Assembly (NCBI GenBank): GCA_964534045.1
Contig: CAZHNO010000001.1
Location: forward strand, 129,786-193,785
From: an uncultured archaeon
GTDB lineage: Archaea > Iainarchaeota > Iainarchaeia > Iainarchaeales > JAAZKV01
Length of the DNA: 64,000 bases
Direction of reading: 5' to 3'
The first letter of the stretch is position 1. The number at the start of each line of letters is the position of its first letter. Of this stretch, positions 19,638 through 28,086 are shown piece by piece. The notes under the pieces are model-generated. The model made no database searches. It was not told where the DNA came from and saw only the letters and a program-made list of their open reading frames with translations. The translations under genes and the position numbers were made by a program.

Positions 19638-20330
19638 TTAATTTCTTTTATAGATTATTCTTTCTCGCCAGTCATCTATTGAAGTTAATTTTTTTATGTC
19701 AAATCTGATGTGTTCTAAGTTATTACTTTTTGTAGGATATGATTTTACTCCTGCAAGAATTGTTTTGTGTGTATTAAAAAATTGTCCGTTTGGTATGCAA
19801 ATGAAAGAAATTTGTTCTACAAGGTTAGTTGTTGACCAGATTATTCTAAGAAAGTAGGTTATATTTGGCACACTTCCAAATAATTTGTGTTTTTCATATC
19901 GGTGAAGTTTTGGTTTCCAAACAAATTCTTTTCCATTACCTTTAATGACTTTGTGAGAATTGTTATAATCAAATGATGTTTGATTTTGTCTTATATCCAT
20001 TCTGTTTGTGTTTCCTTTTACATCTCCGTCTGTATTAAGTATTGTTTTTGCGTCAATATGGACAATTGCATCTCCGCATTCATAACATGAGTCTGATGCT
20101 CCTTGCATTGAAGCTATTCCCCAATCTAATCGTCTTGCAATCATTGCGTTCATTATGTTTTCTACTCCAGATTCTATTGGATTTACTTTAGTTGATTGGG
20201 TATAGTTGGGTATGTTTTTTTGGCTATTTATTTCATTAATAAATCTTCCAATGTTATTTGATATGATATTGCTTATTATAGTATGATATTTTTTCTCTAA
20301 TTCTTCTAATTCAATATCTGATAAAGTCAT
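19638..20330 (-). CDS. Candidate restriction endonuclease, convergent partner of the MTase
   Basis: It is convergent with and abuts the C5-MTase, the classic type II R-M arrangement. There is a possible PD-(D/E)xK-like GDAIVHIDAK. No recognisable family could be assigned. Confidence 0.35.
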   Translation of the reverse strand: MTLSDIELEELEKKYHTIISNIISNNIGRFINEINSQKNIPNYTQSTKVNPIESGVENIMNAMIARRLDWGIASMQGASDSCYECGDAIVHIDAKTILNTDGDVKGNTNRMDIRQNQTSFDYNNSHKVIKGNGKEFVWKPKLHRYEKHKLFGSVPNITYFLRIIWSTTNLVEQISFICIPNGQFFNTHKTILAGVKSYPTKSNNLEHIRFDIKKLTSIDDWRERIIYKRN

Positions 20331-20445
20331 ACTAATCTAATATTTTATTAAATATAAAAATCTTTGGAATAGACTTTTTACACAACTTTCCGACTTTATA
20401 CACAAGTAACACTATTTACACAAAGCTTAGTAAGTTAGGTTAATA

Positions 20446-22335
20446 TTATTCATTTACAATTATTCTAAAACCTGGCCCTATTACAGTTTCCCAAGGTGGA
20501 TTGAAAGGAACTTGATCAGATCCTTCATCACAATTTGCACAAATTGCTCTATCTGCGCATCTAACTCCTGCCCCCCCAATTGAATTTGTTCCACGAACAG
20601 AACGATATAATCTTCCATTCATCAATTCATGTGGTGCACTTGGTCCAATCGGATCTACAAAAACACTATCTAGAGAATTAGTATAAATATAATAATCATA
20701 AATATCAAGGGCCCATTCACCTACATTACCATGTAAATCATATAAACCAAAATTATTTGGTGTTGCTAAACCAACTTCTTTCACAGGCATTGTTGGATAC
20801 CATGATGAAGAAATTTGGGCAAGTTCAGGGCACACTGATGGATTAGCATAATAATAATCTCCATCAATATCTCCACAAGTTATTTGTTTTCCATTTGGAG
20901 GAGTATTTAATCCAGTTGAAGTTCCTGCTCTACAAATATATTCCCATTGTGATTCTGTTGGTAAATCTATTTCAAGACCAGTTTTTTGTTTTAACTTTCC
21001 AATAAAAGAACTCGAACTTGGTGCTTTGTTGCCTGTTGGCCAACTCCCACCTCTCACAATACCCCAATGCACAGAGTGCACTGGCAATTTGTCCCCAACT
21101 TGTGGCCCAGGAGTAAAACTAATCCCTGTTCCTTCAATTGTATATGTTTGATATCCAAATGCACTTGCGTAGCCACTAAAACTACTTCCATAAACTAAAT
21201 CCCATTGTTTTTGTGTTATTTCAAAAACACCTGTGTAAAAACTTTTTGTTAATTTTACAATATGTAAATCTTCATCAATATCTGGATTTCCCTCATGTGG
21301 AAGTCTTCTTCCAGGTTCTCCTTCTGGTGAACCCATAGTGAAAGTACATGCTGGGACTTTTCGCAAAATAATTTTTGTTGTTTTATAAGCACTATTTGAT
21401 AACAAATCACTTGGTTTACTTGTTAGTTCAGTTACTGGATAATTAGTTGCGCTTGGCCCTCCTGAAATATCTATTACCAAATATTCATTTGTTAAATAAG
21501 CAGATAGGTTTTCTTCTGCAATACATTCCTCTAAATTTGCTGCAACACAAACATTATTCTGACAAGTTTTTCCTGTATCACATTTTGTTCCTTTTCCACA
21601 ATTATTACAAGGATTTGTAATTGCTATTGTTTGCCCACACTCAATTGTTGATGGTGAAGGACAAGGTGTGCAATCAGTTGTTTTTGATATGCACTTTCCT
21701 GATTGGCATGTTTGACTTGGTGGGCAAGAACCACAAAAGCCCTCACAACCATCAGAACCACACGCTTTATCTTTGCAATCAGGCTCACAATCTTTTGTTT
21801 TAGGATTGGTGTCAGAATCTATTTCTTCATCCTCTAATTTTTTTCCAAAAGAAACATCACACAAAATATCACAACAATCTTCATAACCTTCTGAAGCATA
21901 AATACAAACTTCATCACTAGGATAACATTTTACATAAACTCTCGCTTCAACATTTTGTTGAATGTCAATCATTTTTCCTTCTGCCAAAACTTTTCCAAAT
22001 GCTAAGTTTGAATAGAAAGTGAAACATTCATCTGACAAGCCAGTCACATCTCTCAAATTAGTTGAAGTAAAACCAGTCCCTTCAACAAAGACAAGTGGAT
22101 TTTCTGAGTAAAATACCTTTCCATTTGGTGACTCTTTTGCTGAATTAATAAGAGAATAAAATTCATTAATTGAAGTGCTTATTCTAAGACTTTGAAAATA
22201 TGTCATTGATGAAAGAATTAAACCAAAAATAACTAAACCAATTATTCCATCAATAAGTAAACGAAAAACAGTTCCACTTTGTGCTTTGTTATCCAAAAAA
22301 TTTTTTGAAGCTTTTTTTGATAAAAATTTTTTCAT
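20446..22335 (-). CDS. Pilin-like N-terminus + cysteine-rich module + FGE-sulfatase (SUMF1/EgtB-like) domain fusion protein (629 aa)
   Basis: The N-terminus is ...DNKA/QSGTVFRLLIDGIIGLVIFGLIL, a class III-like signal. A Cys-rich stretch follows (CEPDCKDKACGSDGCEGFCGSCPPSQTCQSGKC...). The C-terminus has LPTESQWEYICRAG, GLYDLHGNVGEWALD, RSVRGT...GVRCADRA and GPGFRI, matching FGE-sulfatase domain motifs. It lacks the catalytic CxxxxC pair of bona fide FGE. Confidence 0.5.
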   Translation of the reverse strand: MKKFLSKKASKNFLDNKAQSGTVFRLLIDGIIGLVIFGLILSSMTYFQSLRISTSINEFYSLINSAKESPNGKVFYSENPLVFVEGTGFTSTNLRDVTGLSDECFTFYSNLAFGKVLAEGKMIDIQQNVEARVYVKCYPSDEVCIYASEGYEDCCDILCDVSFGKKLEDEEIDSDTNPKTKDCEPDCKDKACGSDGCEGFCGSCPPSQTCQSGKCISKTTDCTPCPSPSTIECGQTIAITNPCNNCGKGTKCDTGKTCQNNVCVAANLEECIAEENLSAYLTNEYLVIDISGGPSATNYPVTELTSKPSDLLSNSAYKTTKIILRKVPACTFTMGSPEGEPGRRLPHEGNPDIDEDLHIVKLTKSFYTGVFEITQKQWDLVYGSSFSGYASAFGYQTYTIEGTGISFTPGPQVGDKLPVHSVHWGIVRGGSWPTGNKAPSSSSFIGKLKQKTGLEIDLPTESQWEYICRAGTSTGLNTPPNGKQITCGDIDGDYYYANPSVCPELAQISSSWYPTMPVKEVGLATPNNFGLYDLHGNVGEWALDIYDYYIYTNSLDSVFVDPIGPSAPHELMNGRLYRSVRGTNSIGGAGVRCADRAICANCDEGSDQVPFNPPWETVIGPGFRIIVNE

Positions 22336-22395
22336 TTACACACACCTTCATCTTCAAAAAATATTATTCATCATTCAAAATACTATTTATCAAAA

Positions 22396-24837
22396 TCACA
22401 TCATATTTGTTATTAATAAATTTGCCCCAATTGCTGTTACTAAAAATATTATTACTGCAATTGGTAAATATTTTGCCACATTTACCCTGAATAATAAATC
22501 ATTATCTTCTTGTACCTTTGTTGTAAAATAAATCATGATTATAACTATTTCAATTACATAAATTGAAATTATTAACAAAAACATTAATGGGGTAGCAAAT
22601 TGCCCAAAAGTTTCAACACTTACATTAAATAATTGATTTACATTTATTCCCCCACCTCCAGTAATTTGTGCCATATCCATATCTTTTGCTGCTTGAACCG
22701 CAGGATCTGTTACTACTCCAGCAAGAGTCATCATTACTACTTTTTGTAAAGAAACTGTTATTCCTAAAACAATTGGCCCAATAAATACTGCCATTGTCAT
22801 CATTGTGTTGCTTACTTCTGAAACTAAATCTTTCAAGGATTTATTTACTTTGTCCATGTTTTCCATTTGTAATGAGAGAGACATTAGTGTTCTTGAAGCA
22901 ACTTCAACTCCAAGAGAAACAGAATCAACTAATAATTGCATTGCGGTTTTTAGTGTTTTTGATGGAATTCCTTTCATTGAACCATACACTGGATCAAAAA
23001 CTGCTGCGTCTAATGGTAAACCCATTAGTTCAATATTTTCAATTGTTTTTCCAAATATTCTTTGACTAATTAATAAATTTGGTAAAAATTTTTGCGTGCT
23101 TTTTAATGCACTTTCAACTGGTTTATTTTCACCCATTCTTGATGCAATAACATACATTGATTCTTTGAATTCATCTTCCATTTTCATTATTTTTAATTGG
23201 GCTTTTCGTTTGTAAATATTTCTATAATACAAAATGAATGATGCTGCACATGCTAAAGTTATAATAAAGCCTGACCAAAACAAATATTTTGTTGGATCTT
23301 TTTTTGGATTACTAACAAAAATTAAATATTCTCTTAAAGCAGTTTCGTGAGCCAATCCTTCTTCAACACTTTCGGCAATTAATCTATTATATAAATCTCC
23401 ATCTTTAACACTAAAAAATAATTCAAACGCATACAAATCAATTAATCCTTTTCCTAATTCTGTTCTACTTAAACCGTCTTCTTCAAGAATTGTTCCTAAA
23501 TCTTTATCTGCTGGAAGAATTTGTAAGTACTGCATTTCTTCACTATTTCCCAATAATATTTTTGGAGGAAATCCTTGTGTTGATAATGCAAATGAACCTA
23601 AAATTCCAACAATAATAATTATTATTGCAACCATTCTAACATCTAATTTTCCATCCATTGACCATTTTCTTGGAAGCTCAGCAAAATCATCATTTATTTC
23701 TGGTGGCTCATAAGTTGGTGGTCTTTGACTAACAGTTTTTTTTGCAAATGAATAAGCAATTAGCGGAATTCCAACACAATAAATTAAAACTAAAATTATT
23801 GGATTAGCCATTGGACTTCCTGAAAATGCAGAACCAACTGGCAAAATAATAATTAAAATTAGCGGAAGTAAAACACCTAAATAGAATAACATTACTGCTG
23901 GTTGGTTTAGTGAACGAGCATAATCTTCCATTTTTCCTTTAACACTATCCAAAACTTCCAACATTGTTTTGTCTAATAATTCATATCTTCTTGCTTCGGT
24001 TGGTTCCATTACACTTGCTCTTATTTTCATTAGTGCATCTTTTAATTCTGAAGAATATTCTCCCCAACGATAAGCTAAACCATCTAAACCTTCGGCAACT
24101 GATTCATACAAACCTAATTGAAAATCCCATAACAATCTTTTGAATTCTGTTGCTAATCTTCCCCTTCCATGTTTTGCAGAAAATTCAATTGACTTTTCTA
24201 AATTAGGAACAAGCTTCATTGACATAATCATATAACCAACCATGTCTGGAACAGAAGTTAGTGCTTTATTTTGTTCTTCTTTTGCTGCATTTAATGGATA
24301 AGAATAAATCATGTAAACGCCCATTCCAAGAACACCAAATAAAATTAGAACTATCATCAAAAACATGTTGAAAGCCATTGATGTATCATAACCAAGTGCA
24401 TTCACAAGTATTGGCCCACCAATAATATCTGAAGTATTTATTTCTCCAATTTCAAAACCAAGTCCTAAAAAATAAATTAATGCAATCAAAATCAAAATTG
24501 GTATTATATAATTTACAAACGTGCCTTTTATTGCAGCCATGAAATCTCCCGGCGTTAATCTCCAGCCAAGGAACGCAACAGCATTTTTATGTTTTTCAGA
24601 AAATTTTGCATTTTTCCTAAAAGAAGGATATTTTTGCCCCATTTTTTTACAAAAAATAACGAATGGATTTTCTTTTTCTATTAAAATTTTTCCTTCGGTT
24701 TCTCCAGCAAAATCTTCACTAGTGGTTGAAATACTCCCATATCTTTGTCCAAGTGAAGAACCAAAAATACCTTGCTTATTATTACTTTTATCTCGTCTAG
24801 GCATCGCTAATAATAAACAAAAGAAGTATAAAAACAA
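22396..24837 (-). CDS. Large (813 aa) polytopic membrane protein, putative FlaJ/PilC-like pilus platform protein, set 2
   Basis: It has many TM helices separated by cytoplasmic helical domains. It lies immediately downstream of the FlaI-like ATPase on the same strand. Confidence 0.45.
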   Translation of the reverse strand: MFLYFFCLLLAMPRRDKSNNKQGIFGSSLGQRYGSISTTSEDFAGETEGKILIEKENPFVIFCKKMGQKYPSFRKNAKFSEKHKNAVAFLGWRLTPGDFMAAIKGTFVNYIIPILILIALIYFLGLGFEIGEINTSDIIGGPILVNALGYDTSMAFNMFLMIVLILFGVLGMGVYMIYSYPLNAAKEEQNKALTSVPDMVGYMIMSMKLVPNLEKSIEFSAKHGRGRLATEFKRLLWDFQLGLYESVAEGLDGLAYRWGEYSSELKDALMKIRASVMEPTEARRYELLDKTMLEVLDSVKGKMEDYARSLNQPAVMLFYLGVLLPLILIIILPVGSAFSGSPMANPIILVLIYCVGIPLIAYSFAKKTVSQRPPTYEPPEINDDFAELPRKWSMDGKLDVRMVAIIIIIVGILGSFALSTQGFPPKILLGNSEEMQYLQILPADKDLGTILEEDGLSRTELGKGLIDLYAFELFFSVKDGDLYNRLIAESVEEGLAHETALREYLIFVSNPKKDPTKYLFWSGFIITLACAASFILYYRNIYKRKAQLKIMKMEDEFKESMYVIASRMGENKPVESALKSTQKFLPNLLISQRIFGKTIENIELMGLPLDAAVFDPVYGSMKGIPSKTLKTAMQLLVDSVSLGVEVASRTLMSLSLQMENMDKVNKSLKDLVSEVSNTMMTMAVFIGPIVLGITVSLQKVVMMTLAGVVTDPAVQAAKDMDMAQITGGGGINVNQLFNVSVETFGQFATPLMFLLIISIYVIEIVIIMIYFTTKVQEDNDLLFRVNVAKYLPIAVIIFLVTAIGANLLITNMM

Positions 24838-24902
24838 AATGGTTAATTAAAAATCAATTCATTTTACTTGGAAAAAAATAATTTAAAATCAAAAAAATAG
24901 CA

Positions 24903-27200
24903 TTAATTATTTTCTTCAGGTTCTTTTGCTTTTTGAACCATTGGTATTAGTTCTGTTAAAACCCAATTTTTATATTTTCCCAATAATTGATTGTAATCAA
25001 CTGTTCCATTTTCTTCAATTATTTCTTCTTTTAAAATCATGAGTTTGTTGGTTGCTTTGCTAGTAAATTCTGATTCTAATAATTTTTTCAAATTCAATTC
25101 ATTCTTTTTTTCTACAAGGAAAAGTTTTGCATTTCCTCTTAATCTTATTTCTGCCCAAATATCATTTACTGTCAAGCCAGAAATACTTTGTATTTTTTTT
25201 AGCAAATCAGATTCTTTCAAATTATCTTCTTGTAATTCAAGAGTGTCTTTTGCTGCATCATATTTCATTAAATCTAATAAGCCACCTTCTCTACTTGGAT
25301 CATCATTCCAATGTTTTTTAATTTCAGTAATTTCCACTACTCTTCTATGCCTTACAAGAGAGCCTTTAAATCTTATTGGACGAGCAACAATTACTAAATC
25401 AGTTGCTTTGAATGATGTTGTTGGAACACCTAAATCATTTACAACTCTATCCCATACTGAATAAGCTGAATCAGCGTGAATTGTTCCCATTACAACATTT
25501 CCAGCTGCTCCAACACGCATTGCTTCATACAATACTTTTGCTTCTGTGCTTCTTACTTCACCCAAAATTAATGCGGAGTCACCTAAACGCAAAGCTGTTC
25601 TTAGTGCTTCTTCTGGTGCAACTTCTGTTTCTGTTTTTGAAACACTAATGGCACTTTTTGTTTTCATTCTCTGAATGTTAAAACCAATTTCTTTCAAATA
25701 TGGAACAGGGAGTTCTTGAGTGTCTTCTTGAATTAAAATTCTTGAATTTTGTGGAATTTCTTGTATTACTGCACCAAGCAAAGAAGTTTTTCCTGAACCT
25801 CTACTTCCCGCAATAATTGTTGTGGTTTGCATATCAATAAAGAAAGAAATCATTCCTGCTGCAAGTGGATTTAGATAATTATTATCAATGAATTGTTCAA
25901 GAGTCCACGGAGTTAATTTGTGTAAACGAAAAGCAAAAGCTGGTCCACTGGGAGAAAGCGGAGGACCAATTACTGCCACACGAGTTTCTAATTCTTGCAA
26001 ATCAAAATCAAGCACTGGGTGTGCTTCATCAAATGGACGAGAAGACATTGCTCTTAATTTTGAAATCAAAGAGTTGGCTTCATTTTCTGTGAAAGTAACA
26101 TTTGTTTGACATTGTCCATAATCACTATGCACAAGATAAATTGGTTTTCCACCAATCGGTGAATCTAAATAAATATCAGTAATTTTTCTATCATTCAATA
26201 ATACTTCTAAAATTCCATAACCAACTGTGTATCTTGCAACAACCTTACTTAATGCAGACATTTCATTAGCATTTAATTGAACTTTATGAAATTTTGCTAC
26301 TTCTTTTATTGTTGCTTCATACATTCTTTCAAAATATTTTCTTGAAGTGGCAACCGTGCTCAAAGAAGTTTTTCCTGGTTGGTAAGAAGCAACTATTTCT
26401 CTTGTTTTACTTAAAACAAAATATTGATCTGGTGCAAGAGAATATTCTGGAGGATTAATAAAATACATTTTTTCAACTTTGTTTGGATCAGAAAAAACTT
26501 GTACTGTTGAATCACTAACAGTATATTCGTCCAATAAATTTAGTTCATCCATTCCTTTGAAAGAAAGTTTTGAACCAATGAAAGAAGGTTTTATTTCAAC
26601 TTCAAAAAGAGCTTTGTAAATTACTTTTGTATCAGGAACTTCTTGCAATTCAGTAAGAATTTTTTTTGCTCTAATAACCATTAGTGTTGCATCAAACCTA
26701 TTTCTCAAATCAATTAATGTTGCAATAAATGGTTCAGCACATTCAACATATCTTTGGTCACTTTGCTTCATCATTGATTCTTGTTTTTTTGATTCATTCA
26801 CAAGAGTTAAGTAAGCTAATAATGGATCAAAGTTAATCAAATCATTTGCAACTTTTACAATTAATCTGTGTCTGTCAGGAAAATATTGTTCACATTCTTT
26901 TATTGGTTTACCCAAATGATTATAACTCCAAATACTTTCTACAACTAATTTTTGTGCAAGGTTGGCTATTTCCATTAGCATTTGTGTTTGTTCTTTTTCA
27001 TAAACTCTTTCATAAACTTCTGCTAAAACAATTCTATCAGCTTCAACTTGTTGCAACACTTTTATTGCGTGAAATCTACAATGATGATCTTCTGCAATAG
27101 ACGCTGAATAAGCACAATGTTTACAATCAAATATTAGTGTTCTGCTACCACCAACATCTTTGACAACAAAATCTCCAACCTTAAAGCCACCAATCTTCAT
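24903..27200 (-). CDS. FlaI/GspE-family secretion ATPase with a long N-terminal extension (765 aa), set 2
   Basis: The Walker A motif is IIAGSRGSGKTSLLG. The Walker B is ALILGEVRS. The His box is VVMGTIHADSA. The extra about 300-aa N-terminus has a Cys/His cluster (CKHCAYSASIAEDHHCRFH). Confidence 0.75.
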   Translation of the reverse strand: MKIGGFKVGDFVVKDVGGSRTLIFDCKHCAYSASIAEDHHCRFHAIKVLQQVEADRIVLAEVYERVYEKEQTQMLMEIANLAQKLVVESIWSYNHLGKPIKECEQYFPDRHRLIVKVANDLINFDPLLAYLTLVNESKKQESMMKQSDQRYVECAEPFIATLIDLRNRFDATLMVIRAKKILTELQEVPDTKVIYKALFEVEIKPSFIGSKLSFKGMDELNLLDEYTVSDSTVQVFSDPNKVEKMYFINPPEYSLAPDQYFVLSKTREIVASYQPGKTSLSTVATSRKYFERMYEATIKEVAKFHKVQLNANEMSALSKVVARYTVGYGILEVLLNDRKITDIYLDSPIGGKPIYLVHSDYGQCQTNVTFTENEANSLISKLRAMSSRPFDEAHPVLDFDLQELETRVAVIGPPLSPSGPAFAFRLHKLTPWTLEQFIDNNYLNPLAAGMISFFIDMQTTTIIAGSRGSGKTSLLGAVIQEIPQNSRILIQEDTQELPVPYLKEIGFNIQRMKTKSAISVSKTETEVAPEEALRTALRLGDSALILGEVRSTEAKVLYEAMRVGAAGNVVMGTIHADSAYSVWDRVVNDLGVPTTSFKATDLVIVARPIRFKGSLVRHRRVVEITEIKKHWNDDPSREGGLLDLMKYDAAKDTLELQEDNLKESDLLKKIQSISGLTVNDIWAEIRLRGNAKLFLVEKKNELNLKKLLESEFTSKATNKLMILKEEIIEENGTVDYNQLLGKYKNWVLTELIPMVQKAKEPEENN

Positions 27201-27369
27201 TCAAAAACACCAAAAAATCAAACCAATTTAATATTATCTTTATGCTTAATAAAGGAATTAAGATGTATAAAAACAATTTGTTCAAGTTTTTTTATAATAA
27301 ACAAAAAAAAATTGTTCAAACCTGAAAACAATTTTTAGAAACAATTAAAGAAATAAATATAAATAGTGT

Positions 27370-28086
27370 TTGAATTTATACTATTACATGCAAAAAACTT
27401 TTTCTAGAGCACAAGGAACAATTGAATACTTAGTAATAATTGCAATTATTATTGTAATTGCTTTGTTTGTTACTTCTTTATTTAGTGGGGTATTTAATTC
27501 GAATGATACTGCTGAAAGTAATACTAAACTAAAAAACCAAATTGGTTATGGTGGAGTAAGTATTCTTGATGCAGCTACTGATTCAAATGGAGATGTAAGA
27601 TTAGTAATACAAAATGTTCTTGGAACGGGATACACAATCACAGGGGCAAGTAGTGAAGGAACTTCCCAATCCTCAAACAACTTTTTCTCCAGTGGACAAA
27701 AAGGAACTTATGATCTAAATAGTTTTTCTGAATGCGCTTGTGAAGAAGGGGAACTTACAAAAACTTGCACAATTAACTTATACTTACTTGCGGAAAGCAC
27801 TCTGGATCGTAACACAACAATCACTCTCGAAATTGACTGTGTTGAGGACATTATAGTCAGAGGAAGTTATATTTCTGAAAGTACAGGTGAAGAAAGCGAA
27901 AGCGGAACAATTAATTTAGATTGCACTGATTTAGATGTAAGTTCATCTGGATTTGTAACTTGCTCAGGAACAACAACACTATTATCAGATACAAATCTTT
28001 TAGGCACATGGAACTTAGATGATTTAACAGCAGGCACTGATGTTAATACAACTGGAACAGATGAAATTACTTTAGCGGAGCAATGA
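27370..28086 (+). CDS. Pilin-like protein with a class III signal peptide (238 aa)
   Basis: The N-terminus is ...KTFSRA/QGTIEYLVIIAIIIVIALFV. This is the archaeal pilin QGxxEY-type signal. The C-terminal domain is Thr/Ser-rich. The gene overlaps the next gene by 4 nt (ATGA). Confidence 0.6.
   Translation: MNLYYYMQKTFSRAQGTIEYLVIIAIIIVIALFVTSLFSGVFNSNDTAESNTKLKNQIGYGGVSILDAATDSNGDVRLVIQNVLGTGYTITGASSEGTSQSSNNFFSSGQKGTYDLNSFSECACEEGELTKTCTINLYLLAESTLDRNTTITLEIDCVEDIIVRGSYISESTGEESESGTINLDCTDLDVSSSGFVTCSGTTTLLSDTNLLGTWNLDDLTAGTDVNTTGTDEITLAEQ

Larger units (their letters stand above)
16883..20409. mobile_element. About 3.5 kb inserted island (transposase + RHH + C5-MTase + candidate REase) bounded by 18-bp direct repeats
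   Basis: The direct repeats are gactttctacacaagtta (16883-16900) and gactttatacacaagtaa (20392-20409), 16/18 identical. Additional TTTACACA(A) motifs cluster on both flanks. The insertion sits between pilin-like genes and the rest of the pilus operon. Confidence 0.5.
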
